Shown piece after piece: positions 1 to 13,239 of a stretch of DNA of 64,000 bases. Position 1 is the first letter of the stretch; each line of letters opens with the position of its first letter. Under the pieces are notes generated by a model. The model was not told where the DNA came from and made no database searches. It was given only the letters and a program-made list of their open reading frames with translations. Source of the DNA: Lepidodermella squamata (lineage: Eukaryota > Animalia > Gastrotricha); NCBI GenBank assembly GCA_047495785.1, contig JBLDXI010000029.1:2728001-2792000 (forward strand), read 5' to 3'. The translations under genes were made by a program, and so were the position numbers.

Positions 1-2245
1 CTTCAGTTAAATATTTCTATAAAAAACCAAGTGACAGGTATTTTATAAGGAATGAGCAAACAAACATAATGGTAATAATAATATTAATACTACAGTGCTC
101 CCTCGTTAGTGGCACCCTCCTTAAAAGAACTCCCTCGTTTGTAGACCGTAATTTTGGACCCTGCTAAATAAATTAGTTGTAAATTTTTAATCAAACAAAT
201 AATAATTATTTGAACGATTAATAATATTAAGCGTGAAAATTTAAAATAATAAAGCGTTCCTAGAAACCTAGCGGTGCGTTGTCGTGGTTTTGAGAGATCC
301 AGTTATTTCAAGTTTAGTTCAAACGAGTTGATAGATCATCAGTGCTGTTCTTGTGACTTCGAAATGGCTGTGATTATGCAACAGAGTGTGTGGATTAGCT
401 GCCACTCAAGTCGCGCTGCGAGTCGTCTTGCTTTTTTGCTAAACTTCTCCATCAGAGATTACGCCAGTTTATCAGACAAAATCAGCGATTCAATTCAATA
501 ACTGTATAAATGCCCGTCAATCTTTTATCTTCTTCATTTGCTGATTTTTCCGCAGTTCATTTGCTGATCAACTAAATAACTCATCTGAATTGCCCTGATT
601 TTTCATTTTTTAGCTTTTTCCCGGCCAGAAAATCTCTTGAAATTTACCAGCATTATTAGCATGATCAAATTAGGATATAAATCATGTTTTATTTGAGGAA
701 ACAAAAAACTTCAGTTTTTCCCAATTTTGTTCCCGGCTGTGTTGCGTAATCATGAAAAATCACGTCCTTGTTTTAGGAATTATTTTAATTTCGATACATG
801 GATTCATTCTCATAAAATTAGACCGATTTCATTCGTTCCAGTTGTCCTGAATTATCTGAATTATTAGCCGATTTTCGATAGTCGATAGGCCTGATCTACC
901 ATGAAACTGGCTGCCACTACTTTACGATTTCATTGCTCAACGCCCTGGCCAACGTTACACAACTCGTGGCCAATATTGCCTGATAGATAATTTCAATCTT
1001 CACTATTTTCTTGTAAAAAATGGCGTACAAAAAATGTTGTGAGCGTGTCATGCCTAATGACACAGTCATGTGACAGTCTTTCTATCACACACACACTGCA
1101 TTACACATTCCTATAGACCAATTTTCTTCATCTCTTCATCGCAATGACTCGTGTTTGCCTAAGGCTGCTGTAAAGAAAATTCCCGCCACATTATGATAAG
1201 TGCTCGGCGTGATAACTCGCCGATTTTAACCATGCTAAAATGTATAATGCATATGTATAATGTATAATGGTGACACTAGACTTTTTTTTAGTGGAAGATC
1301 ATATCGAAAATTGGAAAAAATATTGCTATCCTTCCTGTTCTCTAAGCTTTCCAAATATATAAAATTTAGCCTCGTCCGATTTTTTGGGATTTATCTAGGT
1401 TTTCCATCGGTATGCCCAAAATAATGCCATGAAACGAGTTATTCTACAGTGCGACTGCGGAGCTCAGCGATCAGGAGAAATTTTCTTCTAGCTTGGCTGT
1501 GACACCAAAGAAGGAAACCTCACTTAGGAATTCAAATACAAGGAATGAATTTCTAAGATAGTTCGTAATTTTTTTCCGGTTTTCTGCACATTTGAACTTT
1601 GAATTAATTTTTGTCGAATAAACTCCGAATCGATGTCGATCGATTTATTCGGATAGTAAACTCATTTAAGCTCAAATTTCCCTTGTTACCTTTCGAAGCG
1701 ATTGCTGATTTTCCCGATGTTGTGCAACTCGTTGAGCTCGCCTCGTTTCTGAGAACGTTTTTATCTGTCGCAAAACATTGACTGTGGGGAGTTTTTTGAT
1801 GAAAAATGTTGTGCTGATCTGTGTTTTCTTGCGGACGTCAACTCAGTGTTGACCACCTAACCTGATGGAATTTCGCGAATGCTCAACGATCCCTTTCACT
1901 TCCCAGTTAACGAACAACTCGCTGACCTAGGGCGTCGATTTCAAATTATGGAAAATGCTCAGCTCCCCCAGCTGCAGTTGAACCTTGTCGAGCTTCAAGC
2001 AGAAAGCCCTGAGTAGTATCGGGATTTTCGAAGTTCGGCAGTTGGATTTTGGCGTCAGGTGTTGAAGACGACAAAGCTTGGAGGTTTGCTTAAAGCTTAA
2101 AAACATGTTGCGGCCGTTAAAAGGTCTGATTTTACCTGCGATCTGCGGCCACAACCGGGACTTTCCGGCCGCGAAACGTTTGCGGAGCATTGGTTCAGAG
2201 CCTTTTATTTTATTGATGCGTATGGAGAAAATAGCAGCGCGTATC

Positions 2246-2558
2246 ACGGGTGTGACTTTTTTCATCCAACCAATGTCTTATTTCATCCGTCGTAAAAATC
2301 ATCCGACATAAAAATATCGATTTTCTCGATTTTCCCGAGTTCGATTTTTCCGTAGGGGCATACACCTCTTATGCACCATATTTTTGCCCCTGAACCGATA
2401 ACATTTTATGGTGAAAGATTTATGGCGATCGGAGTTGTCACTTTTTTACTGTAATTTTTTGAAAATATGAAAAAGCAAGTCGGATGATTTTAGTCACATT
2501 TTTGCTTGTCGGATGATGAAAGAAGACATTGGTCGGATGAAAAACGTTTTCCCCCGTT
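2246..2558. mobile_element. MITE-like inverted-repeat element
   Basis: Imperfect TIRs (tttttcatccaaccaatgtctt at left, aagacattggtcggatgaaaaa at right) with subterminal catccgac/gtcggatg repeats; no coding capacity. Confidence 0.55.
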
Positions 2559-2688
2559 TCATGTATCACGTGGGGTGTCAAACAGATCAGAACGCGCAAG
2601 GCATTGTAACACAACTAATGAATCATTTCGAAAATTGACACAGTCTTCAGGTTAGATAAATTTATCAATATTGATGGATTCCATTACA

Positions 2689-5611
2689 CTACATCAACGA
2701 AGCTAACAATATGCAGATTAACGACATCGCAGTTTCAAGAGCATAATTTCGATGGGCGCCGCTGGTAACGTCAGAAGCAGTAACGAGTTTAGGCTTTCCA
2801 TTAGGCCCATCTCTATTGCAGTCAAGTCCAACAGCAGCAGTTGGTGGGGATCGACAAGCTTCGGTTACTTGCCTCATTTCCTTCGCCGACAGGGGTGAAT
2901 CGTAGACTGAGATACAGGCCATATTGTCACCTTCCATCAAGCCGTACTTCGTATTGGTTTCGCGATCTAAAGCCCCTCCGACTACAATCGACGGCACCCA
3001 CTGAATGGCCGAGTCTGATGCGTAGAACAGCCTCCGATCGACATTTGTTGAATTCGAGTACATGGTATTCGTATCATATCCAAGGTTCAAGTAGTAGGAA
3101 ACAATAAGAGTAATCGATTTATGGAATTGGTAAATCGTCAATTGCTGATCACTCGAATTATAAGTAAGTCCAATGAAATTCCAGGCCCAGCAGAGATCTG
3201 GTAAAGCTAGAGACGCTGCGACACTGCTGTTCCTTTTGTTGTAAACTTTGATATTGAGCATGTAGTCCTTTGTGCAATGAAGGGTTAGAAACGAGTTCTC
3301 CAGTTCCATCTCAAAAAGTCCACTAGGCCGGCCATCGCCTCGATCTGGCTTTCCACTACCTCGGTAGCTCACACTTTCGAAGAAAGCAACTGAAAATCCT
3401 GTTGGTTTCAGTGGTACCATTGTCTTGTACACAGCCAGAGTTTTATTTTCCCTCGTGTCCATATCACTGCAGCAGAAACCAGCAGCAAAGCTGAGGTAGC
3501 CGGAAAATTCTCCGTAGGGCGAACTACTATCCAAAGCAGCACTATACGATTTGCTATCTGGTTTTATCCCGCAAATTGCGTCGTTCAGTTGCGTGCTTTT
3601 GTCCAGATATGGCGCAAATACAAGAGATTTAGGATTCGGCCATGGAACACCACGTTGTACTGAAAGAAATAACTATTGGTTAGATGCACATTGAAAAAGA
3701 CAGGTTGCTGTAACCTTCTTATTACAACATCATGAACAGGTGGCAAAGATGTTATGTAATAGGTACTTGATATATATTAGCTGGCGAAATTGAAATTATG
3801 ATTATCATGTGACGTACTAGGACGTCGGGGCTCCTATCTCCACATACAAAATTCTCGTCACGTGCCGGAATAATGCAAATGATTCACGTAACCGCGGACT
3901 AAACATAGTTATTTAATGGCAAATTGAAAATTATTTATTTTAATTATTTTTGGTTATTTATTTTGGTTATTTTGGTTAATCGGAATTATAAAAAAATCCC
4001 AGATTTGTAAAGATTACTTAAAGATTCGTTTTTCATACGCAGAAAAAATGGCTTGAGATTATTGCTAAAACGCTCAAGTCGGGGCCCATATTAGTTCCGT
4101 TCGGCCCCCAAGCGTCAGTTGCGCAATTGGATGGTGAAAGTGGGCTCAACGCAAAACACCAAGTCGAAATTTTGAATGGAATTTCGGCCTAAAAGGTCTA
4201 TTTTCGAGGCGTTGGCCCAAGCACGGCGGAGAACTATGGGAACCAGTGCTATTGTTGGGCACTCGCCGTACCCGGGCCGCCGGGTTCGGGCCGGGACTTG
4301 ATACAGTTATCGGGTCGGGCGTTGGTTGTAGGATGATCCAAGCCCGAGTAAAGCGCTGGTTTCTATTGTTGTCCGCCGTGCCAACACCTTGGGCGGCGGC
4401 CGGCCCGTGTGCGGTGGAGCGTGATTCTTTCGAATTTGTTAAATTTACAGTGAACGTCGCATACGGGCATGTTTTAAAGCGGCCCGAGCTCGGAGCTGCA
4501 AATCATTCTTACCCGTCCGCGCACGACCAGAATTCGGGCTGGGGCCTCATTCTCGCGCGGAAAATTAAAATAAATCAGTTTTACACCACCTTTTTGCGCG
4601 CAAGTCATTCACAGGAAAATTTCCTTATCACCTCGCTTTTTCCATATCACCTCGCGCCTCAAAAGGGATTTAAACAAGCCTAAATACGAGTTATTCAACG
4701 ACGCTAACGATATCGCATACCATATGCAGTGTTGTCAACGAATGCAGCCATCTTACTTACCGTTTCCGTCACGCTTGCAGTCAACTGTCGGGGATTTCTT
4801 AGGAGCCTCACGACATGATTCCGGCAATAGCCCGATTTCTTTCGAATTCAATGCGGCATTGAACATCGAGAAACAGAACAAGTTCTGTCCGGGCCGGAAT
4901 CCCCATTCTCGGTAAACATCCCTATCCAAAGCATTACCGAGCGTTACTTGACTCCATTCTCCGCCGATTTGCACGGGCTTGGACATATTGCCAGAAGCCG
5001 ACTTTGTTGAATTGGTCTTAGGATCGATGACAAAGGCCGTTAGTTGGCTCGCTGAACTATCGTGGGATATCGCAAAAAATCGCCAATTATCAACCCCACA
5101 AGCGCTTGAGACGTTGAGCTTGATTGTCATATTTATATCGTCCTTATCAAAAATTTTGACGATCAGGTCATCTGACAAGCAGACAACTGTTAGAAATGAC
5201 TTGTCGGTTTCAAGTTCCAGCAAACCAGCATCAGTGTTAGGCAATGATCTCAGGTAAAACGATAGTGTGAAGCTAGGCTTTATCGGAATGGGACGATAGA
5301 TTGTTAGATAGTCCCAATTTCTTCCAATGTCTGTACTCAAAGAGTACGAACCAGATTGATTGTTAAATGGGTCGTTTCTCGGTATAAATGCGGCATAAGA
5401 GCTCGTGTTTACTGGAGCTAAGTTGCAGATTCTATCATTTAAATCGTTGTTTCTGTCCATCTGGGCATGAAATACTAAAGCGTCGAGTCTCGGCCAGGCA
5501 ATGGCTGCTGTCGAAATTGATGTACAGTTAGCATTCAAAATTGTATTAGTGCATGATCATACCTGGAGCTAAAGACCCGAATGATAACAATACAAGATAA
5601 ACCGGCTTCAT
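2689..5611 (-). CDS. Array copy 1: tandem LamG/ConA-like (pentraxin-like) two-domain, putatively GPI-anchored glycoprotein, about 588 aa
   Basis: Exons 5611-5563 (MKPVYLVLLSFGSLAP signal peptide), 5507-4761 and 3659-2689 join in frame through phase-1 GT-AG introns. LamG_3-like motifs SFTLSFYL, WRFFAISHDS, QIGG, MFNAALNSKEI. Hydrophobic C-terminus without a cytoplasmic tail. Confidence 0.85.
4072..4560. mobile_element. Truncated longer member of the MULE-like MITE family seen at 48600, inside intron 2 of copy 1
   Basis: gctcaagtcggggcccatattagttccg...cccccaagcgtc..ttgcgcaattgg matches the left arm of 48600-48737; right boundary approximate. Confidence 0.55.
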
Positions 5612-6369
5612 CACGACGCAGCTGGGCAAGTTAAATCAATAAGATTTTAAACTGATCCACACTTTCAATAAATTCAAGGCCGACGCCGTGTCAAGCATGC
5701 ATGTGATGTAAATGCCATTGACACAGCAGCTTTTCATGTTAATAATGTTGAGTCAATAGTATTAATACCTTTAATACGGATGAAATATTACGGAGCATGT
5801 CGTCGTGAATGTGATTCAATATGTCAAATGTACCTAGATTATCATTTGCGGCTTTGTCGCCAAGAGAACGCGGCATTCAAGAGCAAATATTAGAAAGTTG
5901 GCTTTTTACGCGAAAATTGCTATGCTACGATCTTGGATGCCGGAGCTGCCATGGAAGCAAAATTTTTTTGTTGATGTATTTGTGAAAGTTACTCATATTA
6001 CTCAAAATGCTCAACATGTGCTCAGAAACACAACGTGTGCCCAACCTTAACCGCGGTCCACCCAAGTCACTGGTGCCATAGAGAACAGAAGTACAAGAGA
6101 GAAACTTGAAACATTAATTCGAAGCGGTTTTCTTCGAGCGGGATCTTTTGTGGATAGAAATGGTCAGCAGACCACTTATACTTCGACCCTACTACAATTT
6201 ATGTTGAAGGAATCGCGTTCGTCATTAGATCATTTGATAGTCATTAGATTTTTCTGAATCACTCATTTATTACATTAATAGGAATCTGTCAATCGCCAAA
6301 ATGTCCAACATTCACAATTCTATTAAGAAAAAATTATGAAAAGGAACAGAAGTAGCATATTTATAAGAA

Positions 6370-7806
6370 CGGTAAAATAAAATCTGCCACCCCAAAAGGT
6401 AAAAGTCCGCCCTCGTTTAATCTCAGCCCTCTTTTAATAATAGCGCGCCCTCGTTTTAAATACGCGCGCCCTCGTTTTGAAGAGGTGCGCCCTAAAGTAA
6501 AGCAAGTCGCCTTGACTGGTTAAACCACCGCCCATTTTCATTTATCCAACTTGGGCAGCAAATTTTTTATTTAAATCAGTGCTTCGCAAACTCGGATTTT
6601 TTCCGGCCACGTGTGGCCGGCTGGGCAGATCATGGCGGCCCATTGGCTGGCGGTACGATTTTCTCAAAGGATTGCTGGAATGCGGCCGGATGCCTTGTTT
6701 CGCACGATCATAACCCGAAAATCAGCCCGTTATGCACTATTTTCAGCTAAAATTGTGGCTGGAGCTTAGGCTTTCCGGCCGCCAAAAATGCCGATGGTGA
6801 AAAAGTTTGCGGAGCACTGATATAAGCTGTTCGAATAAGACCTTCGGATGAGGATAGCAGCCCGATGGGCGATACATAGCACGGTCTACCAAATAAAACT
6901 ACACGTTATAGGTTAGCGCTACCGTTGATCTAATAGCGATCGCTGTTCGCAATAAGTCTTAGCTCTTTAATAGCCATATCGCAAATTTTTTGACAACAAA
7001 ACTGAACAGCAAAGTTAGTTCCTATTTATTACAGGTAGTAACTGTAGTGACCATTTTAGTGACCGGACATAGAATCCTTCACACGTAGCTTATCCGGCGC
7101 GTAAACATTCGAACGCAGATAATCCCTTGATCCCCGGCAAGTCGCTTTAACGCGGCGAGCTTGCAACACCTTCGACAGGCATGCGAGGGGCGCAGCGGGT
7201 GTGTGAACTTTCAGTAGTAATAAAATGCTTGAAGAGAGATGCAACCAACGCTTCCACGTCGTAATTTGTTCGGCCTGTAATAAGCATGCCTTGAACATAA
7301 ATCCGCCCTAAAACCTCTTGGAGTAATGACTCATTATTCTTCCTAGCAAAACCTGGCCGGTGGACGATTGGTAAGTGTCTTATGTCCTAATATGTCCCTG
7401 CTCAAGGATTAGTGGCTATTGCTTTTACGACTATTGCTTTACTGCTCAGATCCCAAAAAATCGTCCGCGCGATATTCCTATCGCTATCGTCCGCGGTAAT
7501 CATATCCCATGTAGTAGTTATTTTGGTTCATATACCGGTTCAGCCGATGTAATATTGATACCAAATAAAGGAATAGAGATGCGGTTAATAGGCATAATCA
7601 TCACATTTGTGTTTTTCTTATTCTAACGGGGCGACGTTTTATATTTCAAGGCGTCTGATTATCAGTCAGGTGCGGCTTTTCGCCTTGAGTGGCGGATTAA
7701 GGTGGATTAGTGCGGCGATCACGCAATGAGGGCGACTTTATTTATTTTTGGGCGACACAAATGGGGCGAACTTTTACCTTTTTGGGCGACAGATTTTACC
7801 TCACCC
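6370..7806. mobile_element. Non-autonomous DNA transposon (MULE-like) with a nested element
   Basis: Imperfect ~40 bp TIRs (taaaatctgccaccccaaaaggtaaaagtccgccc / ggggcgaacttttacctttttgggcgacagatttta); flanking direct repeat TTTATAAGAA; nested cagtgcttcgcaaac...gtttgcggagcactg element at 6577-6819. Confidence 0.7.
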
Positions 7807-7898
7807 TTTATAAGAACCATCAGGATGAGCAACATCGAAACATCAGGTTATAGAAGACTTCATAATTATATTATTTATCAGGCTGGTATTAATTGATC

Positions 7899-10800
7899 CA
7901 TTTATTATTTTTATTTATTTATTTATTTATTTAAGAGCATTTATCCCACAGTTGAGAGCTCGGTTATAAAAAATTGTCAATAAGAAAAAAGGTAGCAACA
8001 AGTCATGATTATTCGGTCCTGTTCAGAATTCAAGAGTCAAGTAGATGTACAAAAAATTAACAATTATTTGAGATCGACAGCAGCTTGCTATATACACGTT
8101 CATCCGTTATTGAAATCAGGTGTTTATAAACAATTTGACGGCACGCGTTCGCGCTGTGGCAAGCATTAAATCCACAAGTACAAGCCGGAGGCAATTCAGT
8201 ATAAGCAAGAATATCAATAGGACGATGGTAAGGACAATGTATGTACAAAGGAAGTTTGTTAAAAAAAGTAGGACCCCGATAAGCGAGGCTAATCTGACCC
8301 GTTTTCAGCCGCATGTTGGGAATTTTGAATGTCAGTCGGGCACCACGTGTTTGCCGAATGGCCTGATTTGCTGAAAAAATAGATTGTACGGACTTGGGGG
8401 CTTGGTCGACCAAACAGCGATACATTAAGGTGGCTAAATGAACGCCTCGTTTGCCCTTTAGGTCTAGCCATCCCAATTCTTTTCGTAAGGTCTTAGCGTC
8501 GGCATGATCTGGGGCGTTCATGATTATACGGACAGCCCTATTTTGAAGGCTTTGCATTCTTTGCAAAGACGTATCACATGCCTCACCGACAACTGTGTCG
8601 CAGTAATGCAGATGCGAAAAGATGAGCCCATTTGCCATGGCTTTGAGACAATTTCGGTTTAAGCCATTTTGCGCTGCTAATTTCAGTGCGAAAAGCCCTT
8701 TTCTCGCCTTAGCACATGCCTTTTCGACATGGTCATTGAAAATTAGTTTGTTATCTAAAATGACGCCCAGCAATGTCATCGAGTTTGTCTGATCGATTTT
8801 CTTCCCATCGATTTTGATTTCAATTTTTGGTTCTGATGAACTGTAAGAGATAATCATCAATTGGGATTTTTTCCCGTTTACTTTCAGTGAGTTGCTGCCC
8901 AGCCATTTTACAACTTCGTCTATGTCCTTCTGCAGTGTGGCCTGGACTTCGGAGTCATTTTTTGCGGAAAAATATATTGTTGTGTCGTCTGCGTACTGTA
9001 CCACGTACGATTTTTCGGAAGCACTCGGGAGTTCATTAATATAGATGATAAACAGTAGCGGCCCAAGCACACCCTGAGCAACAATTTCGGGCCTTTCAAC
9101 TGCCTAAATCAAAAAAACTAAATATGCAAATTAGCGAGAGTTTGTCTGAGGACAGTATTCTGTTGAAAGTGTAGTTTTTTGCGGAGCTGGGCCAGCGGAA
9201 CCGCGGTGAGAGTTTCGCTGTGAGAAATGGTTTCTATATTGCGCAGTCACTTGCTCGTCGCCAATAGAACTTTCACTTCGGGCAGTTTTTACTGAAAAAA
9301 CGTGGCTTGCACTGCTTCAAAAAAGACAGTTTAAAACGGAAATCCTTGGATGCCAGTTTCATTTTATTCATCAAAAATGAATCAATTGCAAAAATAAAAA
9401 ATTGTCAAGTTAATTGTGGATGCTGTTTCACGAGACGCCATGCTCGAATAGCTGCTTTGACTGCGACCACTGCGCCACTGCGACAGGCCCGAAGAAACTA
9501 TGGAAATAAATAACAATTAATAATTGAAATTAATTAAACAGGAAAATACCTACCTGTCAATTTTTCATCGACACCGTTACGAATTGTTGACCGACTGGTT
9601 AAGACTGGTTTGGCAGCAGAGTCGATTAGCGGGACAAACCTTCAACGCAATTGCGGGTAAATTAAAGAAAATGGAATTAATTTCAAAATTACCTTAAAAA
9701 TTCGATAAATATCTGACTTGTCCAAATTGCATGATCGACACACCTGGTAGCAAGGCGGCGGGGATTGATGAAGCTGAAAATGCGAAATTGAGGCCGGACG
9801 AAAAATTCTTACTAAATAGGTATTTGATGTTTTGGAATTAAAAACAAAAATGAGATGATTTGAATGAACCAAAAAGCCACATTTTTGAAGCATGGCGTGA
9901 TTACGCAACACCCCGAGGCTTGTGTGCACAACAATCGAGCGCCATAATAACAATGATTTTGCCCTATTTCAGCTTTTATTTAGAACGACAATTTTCAGTC
10001 ATTACAAATTTGGCTTTTACGAAATATCTAAATTATCGAATTTTGCTGGCATTCTTATATTCTTGATGGTTCAGGCTGAAAACGACAAAAATTCGGTTAT
10101 TTTCAGGATCCAGGTAAATAATTAGGAAAAATTAGGATAAAAAATCGGGAAAAAACGAGAAATTTTATGATCGAGCCAGGGAATTTTCCGCGAAAAAACT
10201 AGAGGTCGAGGCATCGAATTTCGTTCACTTTCGTTCACTACTTCTCACTTCGCAGTGAAAATAACGGAAAATCGTAAGTTTTTTCAACGGCGACGAAGAA
10301 ATATTTTCACCTGGCAGTTAACTTCGGGTCTCGGGTGGCAAAACGCCGAATTTCCCAAGTTTCATGAAAAAAACTGTGCCAATTTCGCGAAGTGACTGGT
10401 TTCCAGCTTTAACTTCAAGTTTTTTCCAAAAACTGCAGTAAGTTTCGAAAAAAGATGAAAAATGACAGTAAACGGCGTTTTCTGGCAGTTTCCTGCAATT
10501 CCCACTGGAACTTCGCAGTATTTCGCAAAAAACGTGCACTTGCTGCTCAGGGGCAGAGCCCTGGGGAACGCCATACGCCATGTCTGAGCGTAGCAGTTTC
10601 TGAGTATTGCTTGTTTATTTTGGTTATTTGCTGGCGGTCAGAGAGGTAGCTAGTTATGAGGTCGATAGCTGATTGGTCGAATCCTGCGCTTACCAGAGAG
10701 TTTAGGATCCCAACAGTACTCAAAGTATCAAAAGCCTTGCTCATGTCTATGCTAATTACTGCTGTAGTAAGTCCATTGTCCAGGGCGGTACGCCAGTCTG

Positions 10801-11960
10801 TTGTCATTTTAGCTAAGCAGGTATCAGTGGAATGAAATTTTCTAAACCCGAATTGTGATTGCGACAGAAAGTCGATCCTATGAAGATACGTCTTAATTTG
10901 AATTGACAGACATCGCTCGAAAGTGCGGAGTAGTGGTGATAGAATGGAAATAGGCCTGTAGTTGCTGACTAAGTTTTTAGGTCCATCTTTGTGTATCGGA
11001 GTGACAGTAGCGGTTTTCCAAGCATTCGGTATCCTACGTTCGATCAGAATTTTGTTGAATATTAGAGCGAGGTGAGGTGCTAAGAAATCTCCCAGCGATT
11101 TAAGAACGCATTCAGGGACTCCGTCCGAGGCGGTTGTAGGCTTAGTTGTCGATAAGTTGTTTAAACATTGCTTCACGGTAGCCACTGGTATCGTTTGAGT
11201 AATCCTTGCCGAGGGAATTCAATTGCTCAGCAATCGTTGGTTTTTCTGTTGTTACCACCATGGCGATTCCTCGATGATCGCTAACTCCTTCGGTCGCTCC
11301 TGTGAGCGCGATTTTTTTCGAACTAAAATTTGTACAAAAGTAGTCGAGCATTGTATTCGAAGCTGGCCTAGTTATTGTTCTTGTAAAGCTCAATTCTAGT
11401 CCCAGCGGGCTGATAACTACCTTGAAGTCGTGTTCATTGTCAATATTCATGAGATTTAGGTTAAAATCACCCCCAAAAACGTAATTTTGAGCAGTCGGAA
11501 AACGGGCCTTAACTTTCGCAAAGAGATCATGAAGTAAAAAGTAATCATCGTCGGTTGGTTCAGTGAATTTTGGTCTGTAGACACAGGTGATAGCAGTGGT
11601 TCCTCCTTTATCAGCCTTTACAAGAACAGTGACATTCTCAATGTAAGCACAAGGAATAGAGGCATCATCTAACACAAGGTACGATTTGCTTACAAGAATT
11701 CCAACTCCACCACCCACGTTCTGATTCACATTGTCCGTTGCCGGACGTAGTTTCCAGTAGCCTTTGTGAGAGGGGAAATTTTCTTCAATGTCGCTAGCAA
11801 TCGCACTAGGCCTATTTTTGCTTACTTCGCTAACGTCAGGCATATTCACTTCACAGAACATCAGAACGTCGGGCCTTATAACATCGAGAAATGAGAGCAT
11901 ATAAAATATTTTGCTACGTAGTCCTCGCAGATTGAAGCATTGAATAGAAAAATACGAGTC
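7899..11960 (-). mobile_element. Defective CR1/L2/Jockey-group LINE (APE endonuclease + reverse transcriptase)
   Basis: EN motifs CFNLRGL, GDFN, LDY, SDH (11142-11960). RT motifs PIHKDG, NYRPISIL, QFGFR, DMSKAFD, GVPQGS (10554-11185), then VLGPLLF and YADD (8057-9071). (TAAA)n tail at about 7899-7932. Frameshifts, a shortened EN-RT linker and an insertion disrupt it. Confidence 0.9.
9072..10553. mobile_element. Non-autonomous DNA transposon inserted in the LINE RT (CCC termini, 2-bp TSD, CACTA/Mirage-like)
   Basis: TIRs ccctgagcaacaa / ttgctgctcaggg(g) flanked by CA on both sides; removal restores PQGS-VLGP. Confidence 0.8.
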
Positions 11961-12576
11961 ATTTGGAGCGTCATTTGGAGGAGTCAGTTCGGAGCGAAAG
12001 CTGCCGTTTCAGACAACCAAAATTCCAGCTTTAATAATTCAGCGCCTCTGTTGAAAAAGGTTCAACGTTCAACAGTTGCATGCTTATGAGGAATTTCCCT
12101 GGAGATACCGCATCATTCAGCGCATCAAGAAATTGCAAGATATGCAAGAAAAACGCATTTTGGAATCTTGCATTTTGATTGAATTTGAATTTATTTAAAT
12201 GCAAGTTTCCAACGGGCCCCCAATGTTCTTATACAACTGTGGACAGATCGAGAAGGGTAATCCGGGTAAGGGCAAGGGGCGCATGTTCGGTAGGAATTCC
12301 GGATTGAGCTTGGTGTGTCAAGATATTAACATTTTTGGGCTAACTCGCTTCACGAAATTCAACAATACGCAAGCTGAATTCCATGAATCGCAAATTTCCC
12401 AGACCGGCATTTGCACTGCAGAACAACGCCGAACACAGGGGTTGAAAATGTCTGCCGAACAAAGGGGTGAAATCGAATTGTACTGACTTGTTCGGCTTTT
12501 TTCCGCTAAATTGTTCGGACTTGTTCGGAATTCTTCAAGGAAAATAATTTCAGCCAAAAAAATAAAAATCTGCAAA

Positions 12577-12910
12577 GGCTGTGGGAGTTGAACCATCGTT
12601 CTCACACTCCTAACCCAGCCTCTCTCACCACTAAGCCATCATCTACTCTCTTGAAATCAGTAACCGATTTCTTGCTATTTAACTGAATAACTCAATACTG
12701 AACATCGATGGGCACCTGCGCTCTTGCCAGCAAAGAAAGTCCATAAAGAAAATGAAAGCGGACACGCTGAATCTAATGGCTTTTTCAGAATTTTCGTAGC
12801 CATCATAGTTTCCAAGTTACGATTTGCACCCACTCAGTTAAATAGCAAGAAATCGGTTACTGATTTCAAGAGAGTAGATGGCTTAGTGGTGAGAGAGGCT
12901 GGGTTAGGAG
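12577..12910. repeat. About 78-bp inverted repeat containing a tRNA-derived (SINE-like) head
   Basis: 12607-12686 is the reverse complement of 12833-12910 with a 3-bp indel; the minus strand has A-box TGGCTTAGTGG and B-box GGTTCAACTCC. Confidence 0.6.
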
Positions 12911-12944
12911 TTAGGTTTGCTATTTAGGTTTGGAAAAAGTCGAG

Positions 12945-13150
12945 TCTAACAAGGTGAAAAACCGCCAAAGTTTAACTGCGACCGGTCATTTTCTAGTGCG
13001 TAATGGCGGGTGGCTGAAAAATGGTGATTTAATTTGTGTGAGCGACCATTTTTCACATTTTTTGCCTCGATCGTAAATCATCGATTTTCGTGTTTGCGTT
13101 AACAGCATTATCCTTGAATGGAGTCTCCATAACGTTATTCCTCTCAGGAT
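12945..13150. repeat. Dispersed repeat, second copy inverted at about 18130-18250
   Basis: Shared segments gtgcgtaatggcggg, tcgattttcgtgttt and tggagtctccataa. Confidence 0.6.
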
Positions 13151-13239
13151 TATTATCAAGCCTACCTTCAATCTCTTCAACTTCGACGACTAAACAATAG
13201 AAACTTCGTGCGCTCAACTGGGAAGCAGCCAAGTCTAAT

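Noticed and set aside
93-150. TA-CAGTGCTCCCTCG, a possible Tc1/pogo-like terminus
   Set aside because: No matching opposite TIR found
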